The notes under the pieces were generated by a model, which was given only the letters and a program-made list of their open reading frames with translations, made no database searches and was not told the origin of the DNA. Positions 37,628 to 47,537 of a stretch of 64,000 nt of DNA are shown piece by piece. The translations under genes were made by a program, and so were the position numbers. Source of the stretch: Clostridia bacterium (GTDB lineage: Bacteria > Bacillota > Clostridia > Christensenellales > Aristaeellaceae). The number at the start of each line of letters is the position of its first letter. Position 1 is the stretch's first letter. The stretch spans positions 2,156 to 66,155 of the forward strand of contig JAFPWH010000002.1 of assembly GCA_017395065.1 (NCBI GenBank), written 5' to 3'.

Positions 37628-39112
37628 CTACGGTTCCGCTATATAAAAGATGTCCGAAAGCGAGCGGCCTTCCCCGGAGGGATCGTTCACCAATTTGCCC
37701 AGAAAGGCCATCTGGGAAGAATCGCCTCCGTCAAGATTGTAGGCTACGCTGCAGCCCTCCTCAAGCATGAGACTTGCAAGCTCCTCGTACGTAAAGCCCT
37801 TCGCGGAATCGCTTCTGCCTTCGCACACGAGAAATACGTAGTGGCCGGGCTCCACCATGCCGATGCAGGTGCGGGGATCGCGGCCGACGTCCTCGTATTC
37901 GGAAAGCTCGCTGCCGCCTCTGAGCAGCATGGGGCCAAAGCAGAAGGTATGCATCGCGCCGCTTTTCAAAAGCGCGTAGCCGTCGGGGCTCTTCCCTTTT
38001 TTATATACGTCCATCGTGCCGTCGAAGTTGATCACGCACAGGTCGTATTCGTCGCTGACCTCGTGGCCGTACAATAGGCCGTTTCTGATCAGCATGCTCT
38101 TGGGATGTCTGCCGAAGTTATAAAAATCCGTATTGATGGCGGCGATCGCGCCGGTGCGCCCGACCATGGACATAAACTCCTCGTTTATGCCTTTGCCGTA
38201 GGTATCCTTGGCGAACACGCTCTTTAAGCAGCCTATGTCCCTGACGTAGACATGCATCACGTGATAGGTCTGCCTGTAATTCTTGTAATCGCTCGTGTAG
38301 CTGCGCGTTGTCAGCTCTATGTACAGGTTTTCCGAGCGATAGCTTTCGTCCGTTATTTCGATTTCACCGTCGGTGAACACGCCCGGGAAATCGAACAGCC
38401 CGATACTGCTTTCGTTTGCGTTTTTGCCAAAGGCGGTTTCCGTCGGGGAAACTGTCTCAGGAGCGGTCGCTTCCGGCGTTTCGGCCGGCGTAGGGCTTTG
38501 AAGCGCTTCGGTTTGCTCTGCGCCCGGGGTGCCGGACGGACTAACCGTAAACGTCGCGGAAGGGCTGCCTGTCGCCTGCCTGCGCTTTTGCAGATCGGCC
38601 GCGTAGGGACTGATCGCCTCCGCAGAATCCGCCGTGGTGCCGTAGCTCTGCGGCAGTACGTGATCGAACAGCGCGAACGCGCACAGCGCTGCGCCCGTGA
38701 TCAGTACGTCTGTGAGCAGCACGAGCAGTATGCTGACCGGCCTTTTCCTGCCGCGTGAAGGCTCCTGCCCTTCAGACGCGCGGCTTTTGCGCCGTGCCTC
38801 GAGCTTTACGCGCCGGCGTTCCCGGCTCATCAGCATGCCGGATTCGACGATCGCCGCGACGCACAGCAGGAGCGCAAGCCATTTGTGGAACTCGTTCTTC
38901 ATAAACCCGATGTGGCTGTTGACCCGGTCGATCGAAAAGAATACGGCCATCATAAGGCACAGGACGAGGCAAATATGCGGCAGAGCGCTTTTGAGAAGCG
39001 TTAGAAGCCTTGCGAACGTGCCGGATTTGCCCGTTTTCAGGCGCCCGGCGGAGGGCTTTTCGTGCCGGCCCCGTGGGCGTCCGGCCGGGGGGCGCTTGTC
39101 TGTCGATGTCAT
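37628..39112 (-). CDS. Phosphodiester glycosidase (NAGPA-like/DUF2233) family membrane-anchored protein
   Basis: Arg-rich cytoplasmic N-terminus, TM helices, PT/Ala-rich linker. C-terminal domain with 'INTDFYNFGRHPKSMLIRNGLLY' and 'YNLDGGDSSQMAF'. Confidence 0.7.
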   Translation of the reverse strand: MTSTDKRPPAGRPRGRHEKPSAGRLKTGKSGTFARLLTLLKSALPHICLVLCLMMAVFFSIDRVNSHIGFMKNEFHKWLALLLCVAAIVESGMLMSRERRRVKLEARRKSRASEGQEPSRGRKRPVSILLVLLTDVLITGAALCAFALFDHVLPQSYGTTADSAEAISPYAADLQKRRQATGSPSATFTVSPSGTPGAEQTEALQSPTPAETPEATAPETVSPTETAFGKNANESSIGLFDFPGVFTDGEIEITDESYRSENLYIELTTRSYTSDYKNYRQTYHVMHVYVRDIGCLKSVFAKDTYGKGINEEFMSMVGRTGAIAAINTDFYNFGRHPKSMLIRNGLLYGHEVSDEYDLCVINFDGTMDVYKKGKSPDGYALLKSGAMHTFCFGPMLLRGGSELSEYEDVGRDPRTCIGMVEPGHYVFLVCEGRSDSAKGFTYEELASLMLEEGCSVAYNLDGGDSSQMAFLGKLVNDPSGEGRSLSDIFYIAEP

Positions 39113-39154
39113 CTTTTCCTTCCTTAGCGTTTATTCGCGGCGCAATACAGCAGG

Positions 39155-40738
39155 TCACAGCTCCATGATCTGTTGGATGCCGCCGGTATAATGCATTTCT
39201 GTCTCCTGCCCGTCCATCCTGAACGGCAGCGCGGGCAGACCGTTTGAGCCGTAAAGATCTACGCGCTCGGGGTAGTTCGTCCAAAGATAGCGCACGTATG
39301 CGGGCGAAGAGATCCCGGGTGCGCGTAGCAGCACGCTGTTTCCGTCCGCCGATAATTCCGCTTGGGCGGGCCGATAACTGCTGTCCTCCCCCGCAAGCTC
39401 GAAGCCGGTAATTTCGCCGTCTCCCTTCGCGCAGAGCTTTCCGCCCGTGTGCTTGAATTGCACGCGGGCGCAGCCGCCTTTGAAAACGATCCTGTCGATG
39501 TCGGGGCTTTCGGCTTCGTCCGCGCTGAGAAGCCCGTACACCTTTTCGAGCGCCAGCTTATACAGCCTGTCCCCGATGGGCTCTTTGTCCCTGGGGTGGA
39601 TGTCGTTGAATTCGCCCGCGTCGATCGCGCAGATCATGCCGGTGCCCTCTACGGTCCTGCTCACTTTATACTGCGCTTCGCGGATCAGAGACCAGTGCTT
39701 GTAATCCGGGTCGGACGCGTAGCGGTGCCCGGGCAGCTGCACGAACAGAAACGGCAAATCGTCCCGCCAGATTTCGCGCCAGATGCGGATCATGTGCTTG
39801 AAGAGCGCGTAATAGCTTTGGGGCCTGAAATCGTCGCTTTCGCCCTGATAGTACAGAAAACCGCGCAGCGTGTAGGGACAGACGCGCTTAAGCATGCTTT
39901 CGTACATCGCGCCCGGCCGGAAGGGATTGAAGTAATTGACCGGGCCGGGCCAGGGGTTTTTGCCCAGGACGCGCTCGGCCTCCGCCCAGTCCATGCCGGG
40001 CTTTTTCAGGAGCAGCTCCCCGTATTTCCGGTTCCATTCCTCCGCGCGCGGCACGTATTCGTCGTAGGCGCGCTTCTGTTCTTCGGGGCTTATTCCCTCG
40101 ATGCGCTTGAGATAATCCGTGAGGTAGGGCTTCGTCTCCTCGCTTTCGCCAAGCGCGTCCATTGGCATCCAGTTGCTCGCGCTCGTCGCGCCCCAGTTGC
40201 AGCCGATCAGGCCGACCGTAACGCCCAGCTTTTCGCTGAGCTTTTTGCCGAAAATGTAGCCCACCGCCGACCAGCACTTCGCGTTTTCGGGCGAAAACAG
40301 CGCCCAGGCGGTCTTCTTTTCGCATTCAAAAAAGTCCGGCTCGGTCATGACCTTTTTTTGCGTATAGTAAAAGCGCACGTCCGGCGAATCGTTTTTCAGA
40401 TGATCGGGGCCGCTCGTGCAGTTTTGCAGCTCGAATTCCATATTGCTCTGCCCGCCGCAAAGCCACACTTCGCCGACGGCTATGTCGGTAAAGACCAGGC
40501 TTTCGTCTGCGCAGCGCACCTCCAGCGTACCGCCGCCGTTTTCCTTGAGGGGAGGCAGGATCGCGCGCCACCTTCCGCAGCTTACGCCCGCGGCCGCGCG
40601 GTACTCGGCGCCGTCCGGAAAGCGCAGAATAACGCTGACGTTCATGCCGTCCGGGCCGCTTCCGAACACGCTGACGGGCTTGTTTCTCTGAAGCACGCAG
40701 CGGTCGCTGAAGACGGCCGCCAAAGAAAATGCGCTCAT
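39155..40738 (-). CDS. Sialate O-acetylesterase (SGNH hydrolase, DUF303-type)
   Basis: 'VWLCGGQSNMEF' catalytic GQSNM motif. 527 aa. Confidence 0.8.
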   Translation of the reverse strand: MSAFSLAAVFSDRCVLQRNKPVSVFGSGPDGMNVSVILRFPDGAEYRAAAGVSCGRWRAILPPLKENGGGTLEVRCADESLVFTDIAVGEVWLCGGQSNMEFELQNCTSGPDHLKNDSPDVRFYYTQKKVMTEPDFFECEKKTAWALFSPENAKCWSAVGYIFGKKLSEKLGVTVGLIGCNWGATSASNWMPMDALGESEETKPYLTDYLKRIEGISPEEQKRAYDEYVPRAEEWNRKYGELLLKKPGMDWAEAERVLGKNPWPGPVNYFNPFRPGAMYESMLKRVCPYTLRGFLYYQGESDDFRPQSYYALFKHMIRIWREIWRDDLPFLFVQLPGHRYASDPDYKHWSLIREAQYKVSRTVEGTGMICAIDAGEFNDIHPRDKEPIGDRLYKLALEKVYGLLSADEAESPDIDRIVFKGGCARVQFKHTGGKLCAKGDGEITGFELAGEDSSYRPAQAELSADGNSVLLRAPGISSPAYVRYLWTNYPERVDLYGSNGLPALPFRMDGQETEMHYTGGIQQIMEL

Positions 40739-40933
40739 AATAAACCTCCGAAAGGGATTTGCCTTATTCTATCACAGGTCGCCCGCAAAGTAAAGCCGCG
40801 CACGCAAAACGGGCGCACGGGCAGCGGAATGATCAAAGTTAAATTACGGTAAACACATGCGGCGCTCTTCAATTGCCCATGCATTTGTGTTAAAATGTAT
40901 CTGTATATTTATGGGTAATCCGGAGGTGTTTCT

Positions 40934-43483
40934 ATGAAGGTCAAGGGCATTATCGCCGGTGTGGTCAGCGTGGGACTGCTGGTGGGCGGAAATGCGTTAT
41001 ATAATAAGGAGGAGTCGCAAAGGCAGAAGGAAGTTTCCGCCTATATGACCCAAATCGAGGAACTGAACACCGAGCTGGAGAAAAAAGACAAGGAAATCGG
41101 CGAAAAGGAAAAGGAACTGGGTACCCAGTCGACCGTAAACAGCCGTCTTCAGGCCAAGCTCGACAGCGCGATCGACAAGATCGCCGGTTTGAACGAGAGC
41201 AACGCCGGCCTTTCCGAGCAGCTGAGCCAGAGCGAAACCACGGTGGGCGAGCAGGCGCAGAAGCTCGAGGACAACGAAAAGACCATCGGCGAGCAGGCGC
41301 AAAAGCTCGAGGACAACGAAAAGACCATCGGCGAGCAGGCGCAAAAACTCTCCGATAACGAGGACACGATCAATCAGCAGGCGCAGACGATCTCCGATCA
41401 GGAAGACGAGATCGCGGCGCTCACCGAAAACGTGGATCAGCTCAGCGCGGAGCTTGACGAAGCGAAGACCGAAAACGAAAGCATGAGCGCGTCCCTCGGC
41501 GAAAAGGACAAGGAGATCGAGGCGCTGAACAAAGCCAATGCCGACCTCAAGGCCGAGCTCGAACAGGCAAACGATACCATCAGCGAGTTAAACGGCAAGA
41601 TCCAGAACTTGGAAGCCAGCGCCGCCACCGCCTCGGGCGAATTTGACGAACTCAAGGTCAGCTACGACGACCTGGCGAGCCGCTTCGAGACGCTCAAAAA
41701 CGACATGAGCGCAAAGAGCGACGAGTACGAAAAGCTCCTGGGCGAATACCAGGAAGCGCTGGCGCTGAAATCGAGCGCGGAAAAGGAAGTCGAGGACCTG
41801 AAGGCCGAGGCCGGTCAGTACAAGGACACGATCGACAAGCTCGGCGCGGAGGTGGAGAGCCTCTCCGCACAGCTCACGGGCGGCTCGGAAGGTACGGAAG
41901 GCACGGAGGGCACGCAGGACGACGGCGCGCTCAAAACGCGCATCGAGGAGCTGGAATCGCAGCTCAACGAGGTGCAGGCGGCCTATGACGGCGTCGTGTC
42001 GCTGCTGAGCGAAAAAGACGAGCAGCTCGACGCACTGACCGAAACCATTTCCGAAAAAGAGCAGCAGCTTACCGACGCGAAAAACGAACTCGACACCGCG
42101 AGAGCGGGCCTCGAGGAAGCGAGCACGGCGCTGGTCGAAAACGCCAATCAGATCATAGACCTCAACCAAAACGCCGAAGCGACCGCCGCGGAGCTGGATC
42201 AAGCCAGAACCCGCATCGATGAGATTCAGACCGCGCTGGACGAGACGGGCGCGCAGCTGACCGAGACCGAAGAAGCCCTGCAGGAAGCCGAAACGCTGCT
42301 CAGCCAGACGCAGCAGGAGCTGGACGAGACCAAACAAGCTCTCGTCGCGGCAAATCAGGAACTCGAAACCACGAAGGCCGAGCTGGCAGAAGCGCAGACG
42401 GCACTTACCTCCGCGCTGGAAATACTGACTTCCACCGAAGAGGAGCTCGAAGCCACGAAAGAGACGCTCGCTTCCACCGAGGCCGAGCTTGAAACCACGA
42501 AAGAGACGCTCGCTTCCACCGAGGCCGAATTGGAGACCACGAAAGAGACGCTGACTTCCACCGAAGCCGAACTTGAGACCACGAAAGAGACGCTTACTTC
42601 CACCGAGGCCGAATTGGAGACCACGAAAGAGACGCTTACTTCCACCGAGGCCGAGCTTGAGACCACGAAAGAGACGCTTACTTCCACCGAAGCCGAATTG
42701 GAGACCACGAAAGAAACGCTTACTTCCACCGAAGCCGAACTTGAGACCACGAAAGAGACGCTGACTTCCACCGAGGCACTTCTGGGCGACACGCAGGCCG
42801 AACTCGACAGCACGAAGGAAACGCTGACTCAAACCGAGGAAACGCTGGAGAGCACGCAGGCGACGCTGGAGAGCACGCAGAACACGCTGACCGAAACGGA
42901 AGCGACGCTTGCCTCTACCGAGGAAACGCTCTCTGCCACGCAGAACACGTTGGCCGAGACCGAAGCGACGCTGGCGGACACCGAAGCGACGCTGGCGGAC
43001 ACCGAAGCAGCGCTTGAAAGCACGCAGAACACGTTGGCAGACACCGAAGCCACGCTGGCCTCCACCGAGGCAGAGCTCGAAAGCACGCAGAACACGCTGT
43101 CCGAGACCGAAGCCACGCTGGAAGACAGGCAGCAGCAGCTGGACGAATTGATGATCTCCCCGGACGCCGAAAACTACAAGGTCGAGTACATCGCGGGCCG
43201 CATGGAAGACGGCCTCGCCACGGACATCACGCGCAAGCGCGTCAAGATCGATTTCTCGAACCTCGGCATGTATGTGAACAACGTAAAGCTTGAGATCCTG
43301 AACCCCGACAAGGAGGTCATCTACGTAAGTACGCTGCGCCCCGGCGAGGTCCGCTACATCGTGGACGTGAGCGAGCCGGTCGTGCCCGGCGAACTGTACT
43401 GGGTGCGCCGCACGTACTACGACGGCAACAACAAGGAAATCAGCCAGCTGACCATACAGGTCCGCGTCTACATCGGGCTGTAA
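40934..43483 (+). CDS. Large membrane-anchored coiled-coil protein (849 aa) with multiple tandem repeat families and a C-terminal globular domain
   Basis: N-terminal TM (IIAGVVSVGLLVGG). ~700 aa of heptad-like Glu/Leu/Thr-rich sequence. 15-aa repeats (TIGEQAQKLEDNEK x3). 14-aa repeats (ETTKETLTSTEAEL, ~8 copies, 42-bp DNA units). 'TEATLADTEATLADTEAALESTQNTL' series. The terminal ~110 aa are non-repetitive. Confidence 0.8.
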   Translation: MKVKGIIAGVVSVGLLVGGNALYNKEESQRQKEVSAYMTQIEELNTELEKKDKEIGEKEKELGTQSTVNSRLQAKLDSAIDKIAGLNESNAGLSEQLSQSETTVGEQAQKLEDNEKTIGEQAQKLEDNEKTIGEQAQKLSDNEDTINQQAQTISDQEDEIAALTENVDQLSAELDEAKTENESMSASLGEKDKEIEALNKANADLKAELEQANDTISELNGKIQNLEASAATASGEFDELKVSYDDLASRFETLKNDMSAKSDEYEKLLGEYQEALALKSSAEKEVEDLKAEAGQYKDTIDKLGAEVESLSAQLTGGSEGTEGTEGTQDDGALKTRIEELESQLNEVQAAYDGVVSLLSEKDEQLDALTETISEKEQQLTDAKNELDTARAGLEEASTALVENANQIIDLNQNAEATAAELDQARTRIDEIQTALDETGAQLTETEEALQEAETLLSQTQQELDETKQALVAANQELETTKAELAEAQTALTSALEILTSTEEELEATKETLASTEAELETTKETLASTEAELETTKETLTSTEAELETTKETLTSTEAELETTKETLTSTEAELETTKETLTSTEAELETTKETLTSTEAELETTKETLTSTEALLGDTQAELDSTKETLTQTEETLESTQATLESTQNTLTETEATLASTEETLSATQNTLAETEATLADTEATLADTEAALESTQNTLADTEATLASTEAELESTQNTLSETEATLEDRQQQLDELMISPDAENYKVEYIAGRMEDGLATDITRKRVKIDFSNLGMYVNNVKLEILNPDKEVIYVSTLRPGEVRYIVDVSEPVVPGELYWVRRTYYDGNNKEISQLTIQVRVYIGL
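41240..41390 (+). repeat. 45-bp in-frame tandem repeats (x3) within the coiled-coil gene
   Basis: accatcggcgagcaggcgcaaaagctcgaggacaacgaaaag units. Confidence 0.8.
42440..42780 (+). repeat. 42-bp in-frame tandem repeats (~8 copies) within the coiled-coil gene
   Basis: gaaaccacgaaagagacgct(c/g/t)(g/a)cttccaccgaggccga(g/a)ct(t/g) units encoding ETTKETLTSTEAEL. Confidence 0.85.
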
Positions 43484-43650
43484 GAGAGACGAATCAAAGA
43501 AAGGGACCGGCGCGTTCGGTCTCTTTCTTTTTGCCGTTGCGGACGGTGACATTATTTTTCAAAGCCGCCGAATGTGCTTGACACGGCGCCGAAAAGCATT
43601 TACAATGATATTCAGGCCAAGGCCAATGTATTTTCAGGAGGATTTGTTTC

Positions 43651-43806
43651 ATGAAGAAGTATGAGTGCCCCTGCGGCTATGTGTACGATCCCGAGGTCGG
43701 CGATCCCGAAAACGGCGTCGCGCCCGGCACCGCGTTTGAAGACCTTCCCGAGGATTGGGTATGCCCCGTGTGCGGACTGGGCAAGGACGCGTTCACCGAA
43801 GCATAA
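43651..43806 (+). CDS. Rubredoxin
   Basis: 51 aa: [51 protein letters not shown], with the two CxxC/CPxCG iron-binding pairs. RBS CAGGAGG. Own promoter TTGACA-N17-TACAAT at ~43577-43606. Below the ORF-track size cutoff. Confidence 0.9.
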   Translation: MKKYECPCGYVYDPEVGDPENGVAPGTAFEDLPEDWVCPVCGLGKDAFTEA

Positions 43807-43894
43807 GACACTCCAAAAACCGATTCGGAGGGACTGCAGCGACAGTCCCTCTGTTTCCGTATGACCGAATACGCTGTCGAAAGGAAGCTGACCC

Positions 43895-45403
43895 ATGAGC
43901 AGACGCCCGAACATCATCATGATCATGACCGACCAGCAGCGCTTCGACGCGATGGGCTGCGTAAACCCCGTCGTAAAAACGCCGGGCATCGATTCACTGC
44001 GCCGAAAGGGCATACTGTTCGAGCAGGCCGTGACGCAGTGCCCGATGTGCGTGCCCGCAAGGAACAGCCTGATGTTCGGGCTGTACGCGTCGCAGACCGG
44101 TGTGCGCACCAACGGCGGCGCGCTGCTCGATGAAAACAGACTTCCGTCTGTTCCGCTGCCGCAGCGGCTGCACGACGCGGGCTACTTCTGCGCCGGCTTC
44201 GGAAAGACGCACTGGAACAACACCGTCAAGGGCGGTCAGGGTTCGCGCCGCGGCTTCGATGTGCGCGCCGAGGGACAGCCGCGCCTGAGCGTGCTGTGCG
44301 AGGAAGGCGCGGTGATGATGGACGACGAGGACCCCGAGAGCCTAAAAGCCTACTTCGAGGAGACGAAGGAGTTCGGCTCCGGCGAGGAAAACGCGCTGGG
44401 ATATATGGGCAAGATCAGCCGCCTCGCGCCCGAAAGACACCGCGACGGCTTCATCTACCGGAAGTGCATGGAATTCCTTGACGGCTACACGCCGGGCGAC
44501 AAGCCGCTTTTCCTGTATTTTTCGCTGATCAAGCCCCACGCGGGCTTCAATATACCGCCGGAATTCGAGGAGATGTACGACTTAAACGACATCCCGCCCC
44601 TGCCCGCGCCTCCGTGGTCGGAGGAACCGGACACGCACATCCGCGCGGCCATGCAAGTGAGCCCGAACCTCTACAACGCGCACTACGGCAGAAAGCAGAC
44701 GCTGGATACGCTAAGCGACGAGGAAAAGCGCCGGATACGCCTGCGCTACTACGCCAACTGCAGCTTTATGGACAGCTTTATCGAGCGGGTGCTCGGAAAG
44801 ATCCACGAAAAGCGCCTGGACGAGAACGCGCTGTTCGTGTTCCTGAGCGACCACGGCGACATGATGGGCGAGCGCGACGGGCGCTACAGCAAGTACTGCC
44901 TGTACGATTCCAGCGTTCGGGTGCCGCTGATCCTGGCGGGCGATTATATCGGCAGGGACAAGTGGGGCACGAGCGACGGCCGCCCCGCGATGCTCGTGGA
45001 CGTCCTACCGACGCTCCTTCGCGCGGCCGGAATCGAAGAAGACCCGCAGCTGCCGGGCAGCGACCTGATGAGCCCGAACAGCCGAAACGGTGCGTTCAGC
45101 GAATTCCACGGCGGCGGGGGAGAGGCGACGCAGACGGCGCCGAGCTGGATGTGGCGAAACGAAAACTACAAGCTCATCCTTTTCCGCGACGGCGTGATCA
45201 CCGACGACACGCCCCTGCGCGGCGAACTGTACGACCTCAAAAACGACCCGAACGAGTGGCACAACCTCTTTAACGAACCCGAAATGGCCGGCGTCAAAAC
45301 GCAATTGCTGCTCGATCTCATAGCCAACGTTTCGACCGCCTTCGCCAAAGCTCCCGCGCACGGAGACTACAGGGGCCTCGAAAGGCTTAGGAAGAAAGCT
45401 TAG
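43895..45403 (+). CDS. Sulfatase (Cys-type; arylsulfatase/N-acetylglucosamine-6-sulfatase family)
   Basis: 'PNIIMIMTDQQRFD', 'CPMCVPARNS' (C-x-P-x-R formylglycine motif), 'FVFLSDHGDMMG'. Confidence 0.85.
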   Translation: MSRRPNIIMIMTDQQRFDAMGCVNPVVKTPGIDSLRRKGILFEQAVTQCPMCVPARNSLMFGLYASQTGVRTNGGALLDENRLPSVPLPQRLHDAGYFCAGFGKTHWNNTVKGGQGSRRGFDVRAEGQPRLSVLCEEGAVMMDDEDPESLKAYFEETKEFGSGEENALGYMGKISRLAPERHRDGFIYRKCMEFLDGYTPGDKPLFLYFSLIKPHAGFNIPPEFEEMYDLNDIPPLPAPPWSEEPDTHIRAAMQVSPNLYNAHYGRKQTLDTLSDEEKRRIRLRYYANCSFMDSFIERVLGKIHEKRLDENALFVFLSDHGDMMGERDGRYSKYCLYDSSVRVPLILAGDYIGRDKWGTSDGRPAMLVDVLPTLLRAAGIEEDPQLPGSDLMSPNSRNGAFSEFHGGGGEATQTAPSWMWRNENYKLILFRDGVITDDTPLRGELYDLKNDPNEWHNLFNEPEMAGVKTQLLLDLIANVSTAFAKAPAHGDYRGLERLRKKA

Positions 45404-45431
45404 ACACTAAACGCGCTTTCGGAGGCGGAGC

Positions 45432-46580
45432 ATGGACTGCATCAACAACACGAAAAAAGGCTACGGCGGCTACGCCGTCGCGGACAGCCACGTGCACATC
45501 GCCTTTGCGATGCCGATCGGGCTGACCGAGCGCTTTCTTGATCGGTATATGACGTATTTCGGCCTTGAGAGGGCTGTGCTGTTGGCCCTGCCGCATTCCG
45601 ACCGCGCCGCCGCCATCGACCCGGCCAACAACCTGAAGGCGCTGTATCTCAAGCAAAAGCTGAACGCGCTTTGGCCGGAGAAACGTCTCTATGCTTTCGG
45701 CGGCCTGTACCATCATTTTGACCGTCGGGACACGGCAGATGGGCTGCTTGAACAGTTGACCGCGCTCAGGGAGACGGGCTTTGACGGGCTCAAGGTCCTT
45801 TTGGGCAAGCCCCGCCTGCGCAAACGCCTGGGCGTGGGGCTGGACGACGAACTGCTCGAGCCGGTGTGGCGATACTGCGAAAGGGAGCGCTTTCCCGTGA
45901 CGCTGCACCTGGGCGATCCCGCGGCCTATTGGGAAAAAGGCGGGAAGGGCGAGATGCCCGAATACGGAGAGGACGTTCCTTCACTTAAGCTTTTGCGCGC
46001 GGAGTTCCGGCGCGTGCTCGAAAGGCATCCCGAACTCGACGTCGCACTGTGCCATTTCTGCTTTCTGGCCGACGAGCCCGAGCGGGCGGAAACGCTGATG
46101 GAAAGGTACCCGCGTGTCTTTCTCGACCTGACGCCGGGCAGCGAAATGTATTACTGGTTCTCCCAACGGCCGGACTTCTGGCGGGATTTCTTCGTGCGCT
46201 ATCAAAAGCGCATCCTTTTCGGAACCGATACCGACAACTGGGCAAGCCCCGAGGAGCTCGGCGGCTGCGAACACAATTTCTCCTATCCCTTCAATCTGGT
46301 ACGAAACGCCCTCGAAGGCAGGGCGGCCTTCCGCTTTGAGGATCACGACTACGGCCTGCTCAGGCCGCTCAGCCTGCCCGAAGAGGCGCTTAAAAACATC
46401 TACAGCCAAAACCTCGTCCGAAGGCTGAACGAACCGGCGCCGATCGACGCGGAAGCGTTCGAAAGCAGGTGCCGCGCGCTGCTTGCCCGATACGAAAACG
46501 GCCGCGTTCCGGACGGCACGCCCGAAAGGCGGCTGCTCGAGGAAAACAACCTAAGGGAAATCGTGCGGACCTTCACATGA
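45432..46580 (+). CDS. Amidohydrolase-family (TIM-barrel metal-dependent hydrolase) protein
   Basis: 'ADSHVHIAF' HxH metal-binding motif near the N-terminus. 'VTLHLGDP'. 382 aa. Confidence 0.55.
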   Translation: MDCINNTKKGYGGYAVADSHVHIAFAMPIGLTERFLDRYMTYFGLERAVLLALPHSDRAAAIDPANNLKALYLKQKLNALWPEKRLYAFGGLYHHFDRRDTADGLLEQLTALRETGFDGLKVLLGKPRLRKRLGVGLDDELLEPVWRYCERERFPVTLHLGDPAAYWEKGGKGEMPEYGEDVPSLKLLRAEFRRVLERHPELDVALCHFCFLADEPERAETLMERYPRVFLDLTPGSEMYYWFSQRPDFWRDFFVRYQKRILFGTDTDNWASPEELGGCEHNFSYPFNLVRNALEGRAAFRFEDHDYGLLRPLSLPEEALKNIYSQNLVRRLNEPAPIDAEAFESRCRALLARYENGRVPDGTPERRLLEENNLREIVRTFT

Positions 46581-46685
46581 TTTGCCTTCCACCTGTAAAA
46601 AACGATGGCCCGGACCCATCGATCCGGACCATTCCCATTATTCATTCTTCATTTTTCAGTCTTCAGCCTTCAATTATCCCATGCC

Positions 46686-47525
46686 TTATCCCTTCACCGA
46701 GCCCGCGGTCACGCCGTCCATCAGGTAGCGGTTAAAGAAGAGGAACAGCAGGAACACGGGAATCAGCGACAGCGAGCTCATCGCGAACATCGGGCCGAAG
46801 TTCGTGCCCTGCGCGTCCGCAAAGCCCTTGATCGCCAGCGACACCGTGTACAGGCCGGGCTTGGACAGGTAAAGCAGCGGGCCCATGTAGTCGTCCCAGA
46901 TCCAGTAGAACGAGATGACCACGGTGGTGATGATGCTGGGCCCGAGCAAGGGCAGTATCACGCGGAAGAAGATGGAATACTTGTTGCAGCCGTCGATCAT
47001 CGCGGCCTCGTCGAGCTCCTTGGGAAGGCCGCGGATGAACTGCATCATCATGTAGATGAAAAACGGCCAGCCGAGGAACTTCGGCAGTATCAGCGGTATG
47101 AAGGTGCCCACGAGGTTCAGCCGGTTCCAGATGATGTACTGCGGGATCATAAGCACCTGTCCGGGCAGAAGCATCGTCATGATCATCGCCGTGAACCAGA
47201 ACTTGCGGCCGGCGAATTTGACGCGCGCAAGGGCATAGGACACCATCGCGGAGGAGAGCACGGTGCCCAGCGTGCCCAGGACCGAAACGATGGCGGAATT
47301 CCGAAAGTACGTGGCGAAGGTGAGGCTTCCGCTGCCGCGCCAGCCGTCGGGGTAGTTCTGCCACACCCAGGTGGTGGGCCAAAATGGCGCTTCGCTGCCC
47401 AGGATCTCGCTTTTGAGCTTGAAGGAGGAGATGATCATCCACACGACGGGATAGACCATCAGCGCGCCGAAGGCGATGACGAAGAGGTGGTAAATCGTAT
47501 TGATCGCGATCCGTCTCTGTTTCAT
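46686..47525 (-). CDS. Carbohydrate ABC transporter permease (MalG/UgpE-like)
   Basis: 6 TM helices. EAA-like loop 'IDGCNKYSIFFRVILPLLGP'. Confidence 0.85.
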   Translation of the reverse strand: MKQRRIAINTIYHLFVIAFGALMVYPVVWMIISSFKLKSEILGSEAPFWPTTWVWQNYPDGWRGSGSLTFATYFRNSAIVSVLGTLGTVLSSAMVSYALARVKFAGRKFWFTAMIMTMLLPGQVLMIPQYIIWNRLNLVGTFIPLILPKFLGWPFFIYMMMQFIRGLPKELDEAAMIDGCNKYSIFFRVILPLLGPSIITTVVISFYWIWDDYMGPLLYLSKPGLYTVSLAIKGFADAQGTNFGPMFAMSSLSLIPVFLLFLFFNRYLMDGVTAGSVKG

Positions 47526-47537
47526 GCGTCCGCCTCC

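Noticed and set aside
41588-43552. 654-aa ORF antisense to the coiled-coil gene
   Set aside because: It is generated by the reverse complement of the in-frame tandem repeats (FGLGQRVLRA... repeats mirror the forward ETTKETL units). The forward gene has an RBS, a signal-anchor and a coherent domain structure.
43895-45403. Functional link between the sulfatase and the distant radical-SAM activase as its maturase
   Set aside because: The radical-SAM protein at 59297-60199 has the GRE-activase architecture (N-terminal CxxxCxxC plus two ferredoxin-like clusters, adjacent to a GRE). It is not an anSME.
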